Shown here one piece after another: positions 23,048 through 31,946 of a stretch of DNA of 64,000 nt. The translations under genes and the position numbers were made by a program. Below the pieces are notes generated by a model, which did not search any database, was not told where the DNA came from, and saw nothing but the letters and a program-made list of their open reading frames with translations. Position 1 is the first letter of the stretch, and every line of letters starts with the position of its first letter. The stretch is from positions 26,172-90,171 of the forward strand of contig JBAYUF010000003.1 of the NCBI GenBank assembly GCA_041675205.1, written 5' to 3'. Origin of the DNA: Patescibacteria group bacterium (GTDB lineage: Bacteria > Patescibacteriota > Patescibacteriia > GWA2-46-9).

Positions 23048-25185
23048 TATTGTCCCAGTGGCACTTCTAAAATAGTTGAGTCGCTGAGAAGGTATAGCGT
23101 ACGACCGTCGTTTGAAATACTGAAATCACGAATCTCTCTGTCCGCTAAAGCGTACTGATGAAGTAATTTTCCTGAAGATTTTTCCCAAATTACAATACGG
23201 TGTTGGCTTGCATCAAGCGCGTAGAGGTATGGTGATTGTGCTCGGCCAATAAGTTTTTTGAAATCTCCGCTGGCATCTACCGGCGCGTTAGCAATCCAGG
23301 TATCACGAGCGCCGGCGGAGAAACGAATGATGCTGCCAGAACGACTTAGTACATACACCGAACCATCAACCACTATTCCTGAGGCGTTAGCCACTTCCGC
23401 CGGTGCGGTACCAGAGAGCCACGGCGCCGGACTGCCGAAGCCGCTCGATGAGTTAGTAAATCGGTAAATTTGTTTTTCACTTGGAACAACAGCGTAGAGC
23501 CGCCCGTTATAGAATGCAACATCGATACTGTTTGGAAACGTCGCTGTAAAAGGTATAGCGGTTAACGTGTTTGTTTCTGAAGAAAAAGTTGCGAGACCCG
23601 GACCGTCTGTCATGAGAATAATACCCTCAGCGTCATCAAGTTTTACGGAACGCACTGAAGGAACATTTACAGAAGTGACTGGTAATTTGGTGAGGACGCC
23701 GTTTGTAAAACCAGCCACGGCATTGTCGGATTGAAAAACATAGAGCGAATCTTTGCTGGCTACTATACCGATGGGTGCCGCGAGCATCGTGGCAGGTATG
23801 GCGGCGATGGTTTTGGCGTCTGAGATAATTGTTACTTTGGCAATTCGTTCGCGGATACTTTTAAGTTGCGCTTCGAGCACCGCTCGCTCTTCACGTTGAC
23901 GCGTGGTGCGTTGTGGGTAATTGGTAATGAGCGTCGTCGCCTCTGCGATAAGTTGAGCAGCAGAAGTGTCGTCGCCAAAGATGATGCTTGATTCGGCGCG
24001 ATCAAGTTTGTCCTGGGCACTAGTAATAAGCTCATTATTTTGCGTTATGGTCTGCTGGCGAGTTTGTCTGTCAGCCAAGTACACCAATGTTTGACTAAAG
24101 AGGTAGGCAAAGAGAAGCGCGATAATCAGTAAGCGTTGGCTACGGCGGGGGAGTTGTGAAAGGTGATGCGAAATCTTTTTCATGAGCGCGTTCCAGCGGT
24201 CAGTCGTTATTCGCGGTTGTGAAATAGTTGGAATGGTTTTGCCACGAATTCTGTCCGGTATGGTAACGAGTAAAACCATGCTGTGTATGACAGCACCAGC
24301 TACGAGACGCAATGTCTGGCCAATCTGTTCACTCGCGGCTTGCGGTAGTCCTGGCCGCTTTCGTAGTACACCCTTTAAGGTTGAAATTGCTGGATACCCC
24401 TCCGGCGCTAAAAGGGTTGCCGTTGTTTGCCGTTGCTGTTCCAACGATGCCATTGAGGCAGTGACGCCCGTTTTACCAGCTGCCACTGGCAGTGTTTCAC
24501 CGATACGTAAGAGCAGCGCGCCAAAACCCATGCGCCCGTGAAGACTCATTAATGCTTGCTCAAGGACGGCCCTGGCCCCGTCGATTGGTTCATCAGCAAT
24601 AATATTTTCGATACGGGGTAAACCCAATGCGTCTAGTATTGATTCAGTTGTCATAAATAAGGTGTCGCCCTTACTGCCAGTACCACTTACAATACTGGCG
24701 GTGGCCAGCCCGGTATCCTTTTCCATTTTGCTTTTCCCCGTTGCAGTAACGGGAACCCAACGGAAGTGGCGACTGCCATCAGTTGACGTATGGCCATGCA
24801 ATAGGTAGCCAGCAATGTCACCGCGGTGGGTTAGGTGAATGTGCGTGTCATTTACCGCGCCAAGACAAAAAGATACGTCGTCATATTTTACTGACTTTGT
24901 TTCAAGCAGTAGTTGGCGTAACTTTTTGACCAAACGTTGCCGAGTCGCGGCCAATGCCCGGTCAACCGTTGCTGCGGGCTTGGCAGATTCTTCAGCAAAC
25001 ATGCGAACAGTAAAATCAATGAGGCCACGCACCCATTGAACAAGAGGTTCGATTTCATTTACCTTAATCAGAACAAAGAACGTCAGCTCACCGCCGTCGT
25101 TTTTTGCTGCCAGTGTTACCTTTCCTACGACGGTATCAAGTGCCGTCTTGGGGGCTACAAGAATTGTATTTTTTGTGTACGCCAT
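23047..25185 (-). CDS. membrane protein: N-terminal PP2C-like cytoplasmic domain, one TM helix, C-terminal beta-propeller-like repeat domain
   Basis: 712 aa. N-terminal region carries PP2C-like blocks (FCLGAVNDTHIHLTHRGDIAGYLL ... TGSKGDTLFMTTESILDALG), a central hydrophobic helix (LLIIALLFAYLFSQTLVYL), and a C-terminal half with repeated Y/F-x-x-x-G-x-hydrophobic strand motifs. Confidence 0.5.
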   Translation of the reverse strand: MAYTKNTILVAPKTALDTVVGKVTLAAKNDGGELTFFVLIKVNEIEPLVQWVRGLIDFTVRMFAEESAKPAATVDRALAATRQRLVKKLRQLLLETKSVKYDDVSFCLGAVNDTHIHLTHRGDIAGYLLHGHTSTDGSRHFRWVPVTATGKSKMEKDTGLATASIVSGTGSKGDTLFMTTESILDALGLPRIENIIADEPIDGARAVLEQALMSLHGRMGFGALLLRIGETLPVAAGKTGVTASMASLEQQRQTTATLLAPEGYPAISTLKGVLRKRPGLPQAASEQIGQTLRLVAGAVIHSMVLLVTIPDRIRGKTIPTISQPRITTDRWNALMKKISHHLSQLPRRSQRLLIIALLFAYLFSQTLVYLADRQTRQQTITQNNELITSAQDKLDRAESSIIFGDDTSAAQLIAEATTLITNYPQRTTRQREERAVLEAQLKSIRERIAKVTIISDAKTIAAIPATMLAAPIGIVASKDSLYVFQSDNAVAGFTNGVLTKLPVTSVNVPSVRSVKLDDAEGIILMTDGPGLATFSSETNTLTAIPFTATFPNSIDVAFYNGRLYAVVPSEKQIYRFTNSSSGFGSPAPWLSGTAPAEVANASGIVVDGSVYVLSRSGSIIRFSAGARDTWIANAPVDASGDFKKLIGRAQSPYLYALDASQHRIVIWEKSSGKLLHQYALADREIRDFSISNDGRTLYLLSDSTILEVPLGQ

Positions 25186-25247
25186 GATTGCTCTCGCATG
25201 CTGTGCTGTAGTATACTACAGCACGGTACTTATCACAGCTATATCGT

Positions 25248-25865
25248 ATGCCAACTGTTGAGCACATCATGGGGTCCAGGGAGTCGTTACGACTCCTGAA
25301 ATTTTTTTTATTTCATCCCGAGGAGACCTTTACCTTCGCCCAGTTGCGTCGTCGCATGGGTGCGTCCTCGCTCAGGGATCGTCGTACGCTCAGAGTCATG
25401 GTGGTTATGAAAGCTATTATTCAAGAGGGACTTGGTGAAGCTGCTACCTTCCGAGTGAATACTGATTGGCTCCTGTATCCCGAATTTCGAGCATTGTTTG
25501 TGAAGGCGCAATTACTGGTCGAGCGAGATCTCATCGACCGTTTGCAGCGTTCAGGTGCCGTTAGCCTCCTTATCTTGGCAGGGTTATTCGTGGGCGACCC
25601 GGCCGCCGCGACCGATATTTTAATTGTTGGTCGAGTAAATACCCGTTCGGCCGCACGGTATCTCCGGGCATTCGAACAAGATATTGGTCGTGAATTAAAC
25701 TACACAATTCTTTCCGTTGCGGAGTTTAAGTATAGAAAAAACGTTGGTGATCGATTTCTCTATGCAATTCTAGAGAAGCCACATCTGGTGGTGGTTGACG
25801 CGATTGAGCGACCGATAGCAAAGAAAGTAGTTGCGAAACATGGTAGTCGGAAGCGAAAAAAGTGA
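25248..25865 (+). CDS. hypothetical protein
   Basis: 205 aa, basic C-terminus, no clear motif; divergent from the upstream minus-strand gene. Confidence 0.35.
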   Translation: MPTVEHIMGSRESLRLLKFFLFHPEETFTFAQLRRRMGASSLRDRRTLRVMVVMKAIIQEGLGEAATFRVNTDWLLYPEFRALFVKAQLLVERDLIDRLQRSGAVSLLILAGLFVGDPAAATDILIVGRVNTRSAARYLRAFEQDIGRELNYTILSVAEFKYRKNVGDRFLYAILEKPHLVVVDAIERPIAKKVVAKHGSRKRKK

Positions 25866-26241
25866 ACGGTGGCTGGTGCTTGAGCCTATTGACGACGGGA
25901 GCATCAGGGTCATGGCAGTTGCGGGTGAGGTTGTACGAGAGGTAGCCCTATTTGATCGGCTTCGTTTACGGCAGGTTGGATTATCCAATCTTATATTTGA
26001 GTGTAAAGCGCAATCAGCAAGTGCTACGGTCGGTTTGGCTTTAGTAAACGGTACAGGTTCCTTCACTAGCGCCAGATTGGCAGCGGCGGTCATGAATACT
26101 GCTCATTTCCTTGAAGGTCTTCCGATAGCACTTGCTAAAAAGCGTGCGGCCTCGTATCGAATTCGTGCTGTCAGCGTTGTGCGGCCGCTGTATAGTCGGC
26201 CAGCGAACATTACAAAAGCAAAGAAAAAACTCCATTTTTGA
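25831..26241 (+). CDS. hypothetical protein (weak resemblance to TsaB/YeaZ N-terminal fold)
   Basis: 136 aa; the GLALVNGTGSFTSARLAAAVMNT segment loosely resembles the GPGSFTGVRIG block of TsaB; too short for a full TsaB; overlaps the previous ORF. Confidence 0.3.
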   Translation: MRNMVVGSEKSERWLVLEPIDDGSIRVMAVAGEVVREVALFDRLRLRQVGLSNLIFECKAQSASATVGLALVNGTGSFTSARLAAAVMNTAHFLEGLPIALAKKRAASYRIRAVSVVRPLYSRPANITKAKKKLHF

Positions 26242-26265
26242 GGTGTCTTCTTCGTTTATAGTACT

Positions 26266-26288
26266 AACCCCCGATAGGGGGCTTTTTT
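26266..26288 (+). terminator. intrinsic terminator
   Basis: CCCCC-GATA-GGGGG hairpin followed by CTTTTTT. Confidence 0.65.
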
Positions 26289-26429
26289 GTAACAAGATTT
26301 GTTACTCCTGTGGTTGACGCTTGCGCTATCGTGGTGTAAAATGGTGTTAAAGTGGTTTGAAGTGGAAAAGAGTGGGGATAACTCTATTAAACTGTGGAGA
26401 AGATAAAGAAAGTAAAAGCAGCTGCCGTC

Positions 26430-26861
26430 ATGTTCCTCGGTGAGTACCAGCATGTGCTGGACGAAAAGGGGAGAGTGGCGCTACCCGTTAAGTTTCGAAC
26501 CCGATTACACGCGGGAGCGGTGGTGACGCGCGGCCTCGACAACTGCCTTTTTATTTATCCAGTAGCTGAGTGGCGGGTTTTAGCAGACCGTTTAGCAGCA
26601 TTGCCAATCGCGCAGGCCAACACGCGTGCCTTCGCTCGATTAATGCTCGCCGGGGCGATGGAAACAAATGTCGATAAGCAAGGAAGGATGATGGTGCCTG
26701 ACTATCTTCGCAGCTATGCGGGTCTGAATCGTAAGGTTGTCGTTGCTGGCCTTTATAACCGATTAGAATTGTGGAGTAGTGACGCCTGGGCACGGTATCG
26801 GTCTGGCACAGAAGAGAACAGTGTAGCTATTGCTGAGGCAATGAATAACGTGAACCTATAA
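26430..26861 (+). CDS. mraZ: transcriptional regulator MraZ
   Basis: MFLGEYQHVLDEKGRVALPVKFR and second SpoVT/AbrB-like repeat; first gene of the division-and-cell-wall cluster. Confidence 0.85.
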   Translation: MFLGEYQHVLDEKGRVALPVKFRTRLHAGAVVTRGLDNCLFIYPVAEWRVLADRLAALPIAQANTRAFARLMLAGAMETNVDKQGRMMVPDYLRSYAGLNRKVVVAGLYNRLELWSSDAWARYRSGTEENSVAIAEAMNNVNL

Positions 26862-26868
26862 GTATGGT

Positions 26869-27780
26869 ATGGAGCGTACTCATAACCCCGTTCTACTATC
26901 GGAAGTACTGCGCGAGTTGGATCTCAGTGCAAATGATACGATTGTCGATGCTACGTTTGGGGGCGGTGGGCACACTCGAGCACTGCTTGAGGCAACGCAG
27001 CCAAATGGCATTGTTTTTGCTTTTGATAGAGACCCACAAGCAATTGCAGCAGCAGCTTCGCTTGCTCGGGTTCATCCTTTCAACGCAAATTTTGACGCCA
27101 TGGAGAAGCTCATCCGACGGGATTATCCCAAGGCAGTTATTAATGGCGTTCTCTTCGATTTCGGTATCTCTTCCTTACAGCTTGCCGATTCATCGCTTGG
27201 ACTCAGTTTTCAGTCCGACGTCCCGCTGGACATGCGGCTTGACCGATCAGGCGCTATGACGGCCGCCACCTATCTGAATGGTGTTTCGGAAGTCGAACTG
27301 GCTGATGCCATTTTTGCGTACGGCGAAGAGCGTGCGTCGAGAAGAATTGCTAAAGCTATTGTACTGGCTCGTCGACAAGCGAAGCTTGAAACCACCGGGC
27401 AATTGGTGCGCATTATAGAAACAGTATTACCACGACGAGGTCGACTACATCCGGCAACAAAGACGTTTCAAGCCATTCGCATTGTGGTGAACGACGAACT
27501 TGGTGCTATTGCCCGCGGTATTACCGCGGCACGTAATTTGCTCACGGTGGGTGGGAGAATCGTAGCAATTTCATTTCACTCGCTTGAAGATCGTATTGTA
27601 AAAAATACGTTCCGTGCCGCTGCTATGGAGTGCAGTTGTCCGAAGGGTGCGTCATGTTCGTGCCCGAATGGTCGTTGGCGGCTTTTGACCAAGAAGCCAA
27701 TCGTTCCAAGTCGAACTGAACAAAAACAAAACCCTCGAGCTCGCAGTGCGAAGCTTCGAGTTATCGAAAAAATCGTATGA
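26869..27780 (+). CDS. rsmH: 16S rRNA (cytosine1402-N4)-methyltransferase
   Basis: HNPVLLSEVLREL...VDATFGGGGHT... Confidence 0.9.
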   Translation: MERTHNPVLLSEVLRELDLSANDTIVDATFGGGGHTRALLEATQPNGIVFAFDRDPQAIAAAASLARVHPFNANFDAMEKLIRRDYPKAVINGVLFDFGISSLQLADSSLGLSFQSDVPLDMRLDRSGAMTAATYLNGVSEVELADAIFAYGEERASRRIAKAIVLARRQAKLETTGQLVRIIETVLPRRGRLHPATKTFQAIRIVVNDELGAIARGITAARNLLTVGGRIVAISFHSLEDRIVKNTFRAAAMECSCPKGASCSCPNGRWRLLTKKPIVPSRTEQKQNPRARSAKLRVIEKIV

Positions 27781-28097
27781 TGCATCGTCAGCGCGTTATG
27801 TCGGTTCCATCAACTCAGAGGTATAGTCGCGTGGTCACCGTTGCGCTTGCTGCAAGTTGCGCTGGTTTTTTTGCGTTATATATAGTACTCGCGAATCATG
27901 TTTCAACACGAGGGTATGAATTAGCACGGGTCCAAGCACGGGTCGAGGCTGAACAGTCGACTTTAGAAACGGTTCAATTAGAAATTTCAGCGGCCAAAGC
28001 TTTAAATCGTATCGAGGCTGAAGCCGTCTCGCTTTCCCTCGCCCCGGTTGGAGCGGCTGAGTACGGTAGTGCGGCGACCGCTGTTGCAACTCGGTAG
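27777..28097 (+). CDS. cell division protein FtsL-like
   Basis: 106 aa, single TM followed by a coiled coil, positioned between rsmH and ftsI. Confidence 0.5.
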   Translation: MMHRQRVMSVPSTQRYSRVVTVALAASCAGFFALYIVLANHVSTRGYELARVQARVEAEQSTLETVQLEISAAKALNRIEAEAVSLSLAPVGAAEYGSAATAVATR

Positions 28098-28100
28098 GGT

Positions 28101-29858
28101 ATGAGCTGGGCCGGGTATGAGCAGGCGCCCAAAAAAAGCGGAACGAATGAGGTAGTGAGTCACGGACGTTGGAGAATAGTAAAGCTATGCATTTGCTTCG
28201 CTTTGGTAAGTATTTCATTTCGTCTTTGGCACTTGCAGGTGCGAGGGCACGATGCCTACGCACAGCAAGCCGTTGATCAGCAGACCGCCTATCAGTTGCT
28301 GACGCCGGAACGGGGAATCATATATGCTTCGGACAGTGCTGGAAAAGGAGATGTCGTGCCAATTGCTGTCAATCGCGACGCCTTTTTTGTATACGCTGAG
28401 CCGAAAAAAATTGAAGATGTTGCCGCGGCGGTTGGTGCGCTTGCACCACTCATTGGGAAAGATCCAGAGGTGCTTCGAAAGCAACTCGACCAGCCACAGG
28501 ACCCTTTCGAACCATTACTACATCGTGCGCCTAGTGAAGTTGCTGCGGCTGTTCGCGCCCTAGAAATGCCGGGCATTGGACTCATTACAGAACGTGAGCG
28601 TTTTTATCCTGGGAATAACATTGCGAGCCATGTCCTTGGGTTTGTGAGCTATCGCAATGATCGTCTGGTGGGTCAGTACGGGATTGAGGGTTCCATGAAT
28701 GGTACGTTGGTCGGCGTGTCTGGCAGTGCAGACGCTGAACGTACGACCGGTGGCGTTCTCATTGCGCTTGGAGACAATGACACTGTGGCGGCGCAAAACG
28801 GCAGCGATGTTGTTCTGACGATTGATTGGACGCTCGAGTACAAAGCGTGCCGCTTGCTTGAAGATTGGGTGCGGGCACACGGGGCGAGTAGCGGCAGCCT
28901 CATTGTGATGAACCCAAAGACCGGCGCAATACTGGCCATGTGTGGTGCGCCTGATTTCAATCCAAATATTTACGGAGAGACAGAGCGCATTGTTGATTTT
29001 AACAACCCATCCATATTTTTAGATTACGAGCCGGGTTCCATTATGAAGCCACTAACGATGGCGGCGGCACTCGATCAGCAAAAAGTTTCACCCACCACCA
29101 CTTATACCGACACGGGAGAGGTAAAAATTGGTTCAAAAACGATTCGGAACTCTGACAATAAAGCCAATGGTTTACAGACCATGACAGATGTTTTAACAAA
29201 GTCACTCAATACGGGCGCCATATACTCGATGCGACAAGTGGGGGTAGAGGTTTTTAGAAAATATTTAGTTGATTTCGGCTTTTCAGTGCCAACGGGAATT
29301 GAGTTACCTGGTGAAGCGACGGGCGACATTAGAAGTTTGCGAAGTGATAATGAAATTTATGGGGCGACAGCCTCATTCGGTCAAGGAATAACCACGACGC
29401 CGCTCCAAATGGTGACGGCATACGCGGCCATTGCGAACGGGGGCGAACTCATGCGCCCGTACATCATAAAAGAAATTCGGCAGAAAAATGGTACTGTAAT
29501 TGAAACGAAGCCGACGGCTATTCGTCGTGTTATTCGAGAGCGTACGGCGGCGCTACTCTCTGGGATGCTTGTTACGGTCATTGATTCTGGTCATGGTAAG
29601 CGAGCCGGGGTAGCCGGTTACACGTTGGCAGGGAAAACGGGTACGGCAGAAATTGCGAGTCGCAATGGAGGCTATGAGGCCGGGGCGACCATTGGTTCTT
29701 TTGTTGGGTTCGGCCCGGTTCGCGACCCGCAGTTCGCTATGATTGTTCGAGTCGACAGACCTAAGGATGTTCAGTATGCCGAATCTTCAGCCGCGCCACT
29801 GTTTGGTCAAGTAGCAAAATTTTTACTACAGTATTATGAAATTCCACCGGACCGTTAA
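28101..29858 (+). CDS. ftsI: peptidoglycan D,D-transpeptidase (PBP2/FtsI class)
   Basis: N-terminal TM and dimerisation domain, SIMKP (SxxK), SLN (SxN), KTGTAE (KTG) motifs. Confidence 0.85.
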   Translation: MSWAGYEQAPKKSGTNEVVSHGRWRIVKLCICFALVSISFRLWHLQVRGHDAYAQQAVDQQTAYQLLTPERGIIYASDSAGKGDVVPIAVNRDAFFVYAEPKKIEDVAAAVGALAPLIGKDPEVLRKQLDQPQDPFEPLLHRAPSEVAAAVRALEMPGIGLITERERFYPGNNIASHVLGFVSYRNDRLVGQYGIEGSMNGTLVGVSGSADAERTTGGVLIALGDNDTVAAQNGSDVVLTIDWTLEYKACRLLEDWVRAHGASSGSLIVMNPKTGAILAMCGAPDFNPNIYGETERIVDFNNPSIFLDYEPGSIMKPLTMAAALDQQKVSPTTTYTDTGEVKIGSKTIRNSDNKANGLQTMTDVLTKSLNTGAIYSMRQVGVEVFRKYLVDFGFSVPTGIELPGEATGDIRSLRSDNEIYGATASFGQGITTTPLQMVTAYAAIANGGELMRPYIIKEIRQKNGTVIETKPTAIRRVIRERTAALLSGMLVTVIDSGHGKRAGVAGYTLAGKTGTAEIASRNGGYEAGATIGSFVGFGPVRDPQFAMIVRVDRPKDVQYAESSAAPLFGQVAKFLLQYYEIPPDR

Positions 29859-29861
29859 TAT

Positions 29862-31157
29862 ATGAGAAGAATTCTTCAAGCCTTGCTGTACGTTTTAGCC
29901 GCTGCCACCCTTCGGCGACATGCAACGGTTGTTATCGGTGTTACTGGTTCAGTTGGTAAAACAACGACTAAAGATAGTGCGGCTATTGTGCTCGCAACGA
30001 AGTATCGGGTACGCGCCAGTGCGAAAAGTTATAACAATGAGTTTGGCTTGCCGCTCACAATTTTGGGCGAAGATAGCCCTGGCGGTTCGCTGGTTGGTTG
30101 GGTCGCACTCATTGTTCGCTCCAGTGCTCGACTTCTGTACTACCGTCGCCGTTCGTATCCGGAGGTATTGCTACTCGAGATGGGAGCTGATCATCCGGGG
30201 GACCTTGCGAAACTAACAGCCCTGGCTCGTCCGAAGATTTCCGTCGTGACCGCTATAGCTTCGGCGCATTTAGAATTTTTTACTTCGCTTGAAGAAGTTG
30301 CAAAAGAGAAGCGGACGTTATTTACTGTTCTAGCAAAAAATGGGGTAGCAATTATGAATGCCGATGATCCACTAGTAGCGGCGAGCGTGGTGCCAGACGG
30401 GGTTCGGGTACTCAGTTATGGCTTTTCTACGTGCGACGTTCGGGCGCATGATGTGGCAACAACCTTTGAGCGGACAGGTGAAACAGGGACGTCGGTGCAA
30501 GTAGTTACGAGTTTCAAGGTAACGACTGGCGGCTCGACTGTGCCGGTGCACCTCTATGGGCTCATGGGTGTTCCGGCTGTTACCTCGGCCTTGGCGGCTA
30601 TAGCCATTGGGGTCGCAATGGACGTTACGGTTGTGGATGCCGCACATGCGCTAGCAGGTTACCAAGGAACCCCGGGCCGACTACGATTACTGCCAGGGGT
30701 TCGCGGTACGACACTCATTGATGACAGCTATAATGCTTCACCAAAAGCGGCCTTAGCTGCAGTGGATGTCTTAGCGTCAGTGCCGATTGTTGCCGGTCAG
30801 TGGCGCTGGGCAGTGCTTGGCAGTATGGCTGAACTGGGGTCAGACACAGAAAGCGGCCACACTTCGGTTGGGGAGTATATAGTACAGCGCGGCATAAGTG
30901 GTCTGGTTACTGTTGGCGAACGAGCTCGCATTATAGCCCAAGCGGCACGTAAGGCTGGCATGGATCCACACATGATTTTCTCATTTGCTAAGTCCACAGA
31001 AGCCGGCCAGTTTTTACAGGACAGACTGCAGACCGGCGACATAGTACTCGTGAAAGGTTCACAAATCATGCGCATGGAGCACGTCGTGAAGGAATTATTA
31101 GCGGAGCCGCTTCGTGCTGAAGAGTTGCTAGTACGGCAAAGTCCAGAGTGGCAATAA
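29862..31157 (+). CDS. murF: UDP-N-acetylmuramoyl-tripeptide--D-alanyl-D-alanine ligase
   Basis: VIGVTGSVGKTTTKD P-loop and Mur ligase middle/C-terminal blocks. Confidence 0.8.
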   Translation: MRRILQALLYVLAAATLRRHATVVIGVTGSVGKTTTKDSAAIVLATKYRVRASAKSYNNEFGLPLTILGEDSPGGSLVGWVALIVRSSARLLYYRRRSYPEVLLLEMGADHPGDLAKLTALARPKISVVTAIASAHLEFFTSLEEVAKEKRTLFTVLAKNGVAIMNADDPLVAASVVPDGVRVLSYGFSTCDVRAHDVATTFERTGETGTSVQVVTSFKVTTGGSTVPVHLYGLMGVPAVTSALAAIAIGVAMDVTVVDAAHALAGYQGTPGRLRLLPGVRGTTLIDDSYNASPKAALAAVDVLASVPIVAGQWRWAVLGSMAELGSDTESGHTSVGEYIVQRGISGLVTVGERARIIAQAARKAGMDPHMIFSFAKSTEAGQFLQDRLQTGDIVLVKGSQIMRMEHVVKELLAEPLRAEELLVRQSPEWQ

Positions 31158-31199
31158 CGTTGACGGAACTCACAAAAGCCGATACCTTTCCGCCATTGT

Positions 31200-31274
31200 G
31201 CCGCGTTCGTCTAATGGTTAGGACACCGCGTTCTCAACGCGGTAATACGGGTTCGATTCCCGTACGCGGTACCA
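31200..31274 (+). tRNA. tRNA-Glu (anticodon CTC)
   Basis: Hand-folded cloverleaf. Acceptor GCCGCGT/ACGCGGT, D-arm GTCT-AATGGTTA-GGAC, anticodon arm CCGCG-TTCTCAA-CGCGG (CTC at 31233-31235), T-arm ACGGG-TTCGATT-CCCGT, discriminator A and encoded CCA. Confidence 0.8.
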
Positions 31275-31278
31275 AAAA

Positions 31279-31312
31279 GTTTCTGACCCATTTTGGGTCG
31301 GAAACTTTTTTT
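31279..31312 (+). terminator. intrinsic terminator after tRNA-Glu
   Basis: 11-bp stem GTTTCTGACCC/GGGTCGGAAAC with ATTTT loop followed by TTTTTTTG. Confidence 0.7.
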
Positions 31313-31320
31313 GTCGCTGA

Positions 31321-31334
31321 AGGGAATCGAACCC
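31321..31334 (-). repeat. inverted 14-nt copy of the tRNA-Glu T-arm (CGGGTTCGATTCCC)
   Basis: GGGAATCGAACCCG on the plus strand is the exact reverse complement of 31248-31261 inside tRNA-Glu; no complete tRNA can be folded around it. Confidence 0.7.
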
Positions 31335-31412
31335 GGGAAAGGGGTCGGGGAAACGGTAGTTTCCCCGCAGCGGAATTATTCAAACCGAGGGGTTTGAAAG
31401 AGGAGCCTCGGC

Positions 31413-31460
31413 GACGAGGGTTCTAGAAGCGAAGCCGAGTCAGACTCGGCGAAGCGACGG
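31413..31460 (+). repeat. short structured repeat family A, copy 1
   Basis: GACGAGGGTTCTAGAAGCGAAGCCGAGTCAGACTCGGCGAAGCG recurs at 31724-31769; it contains a 7-bp hairpin GCCGAGT-CAG-ACTCGGC. Copy 2 has GCCAAGT/ACTTGGC, i.e. compensatory G>A and C>T changes that keep the pairing. Confidence 0.7.
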
Positions 31461-31479
31461 ATTCCCGTACGCGGTACCA
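31460..31479 (+). repeat. perfect 20-bp direct duplication of the tRNA-Glu 3' end (att-like)
   Basis: GATTCCCGTACGCGGTACCA is identical to 31255-31274 (T-loop half, acceptor 3' strand, discriminator and CCA). Confidence 0.85.
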
Positions 31480-31514
31480 ACAAAAATCCGAGCCCATCTG
31501 GGCTGGGATTTTTG
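31480..31514. terminator. terminator-like hairpin with flanking A/T tracts
   Basis: AAAAATCCGAGCCC-ATCT-GGGCTGGGATTTTTGTT. Confidence 0.4.
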
Positions 31515-31597
31515 TTGTGTATGGAGCGACCCCGACCACGACGTGCGTCGGGGTACGCGGCCAGTATCCTGATGTTTATCTAGCGTATCCCGTGAAG

Positions 31598-31640
31598 CCT
31601 TGGCGAAACGGGATAGCGGTAAAGAACTTTCCGCTCGATG
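31598..31640 (+). repeat. short repeat family C, copy 1
   Basis: CTTGGCGAAACGGGATAGCGGTAAAGAACTTTCCGCTCGATGG recurs with a few changes at 31757-31800, there fused directly to family A copy 2. Confidence 0.6.
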
Positions 31641-31723
31641 GGGAAAGTTATTTTGTTCAATCGGCATGTCCTGCCAGCGAGTGAAATGGGAAAGGTCATA
31701 AAGAGGAGTCCGCCCTGACGGAC

Positions 31724-31800
31724 GACGAGGGTTCTAGAAGCGAAGCCAAGTCAGACTTGGCGAAACGGGATAGCGGTAGAAAACGTTCCGTTCGACGCAG
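31724..31800 (+). repeat. repeat family A copy 2 fused to family C copy 2
   Basis: See copies 1 at 31413-31460 and 31598-31640; both copies of family A are preceded by AAAGAGGAG. Confidence 0.6.
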
Positions 31801-31946
31801 ATTTATTATGTTGAGATTAGCACCTGGCTTAAGTTTTAGTATCGTTTTAACTATGTTTCAATGTACTAGTACGATGAATATACTGAGAATTCTATTTTGT
31901 GAATACGCCATTGACAGTCACTATTTTTTAGGCTAAAGAAAGGTGT

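Noticed and set aside
31313-31345. Second tRNA on the minus strand suggested by the GGGAATCGAACCCG T-arm complement
   Set aside because: Only the T-arm is present; no acceptor, D or anticodon arms can be folded. Interpreted as a tRNA-derived fragment or scar.
31148-31426. 92-aa plus-strand ORF spanning tRNA-Glu, its terminator and the T-arm fragment
   Set aside because: Overlaps a well-folded tRNA and an intrinsic terminator; composition and structure indicate non-coding RNA sequence.
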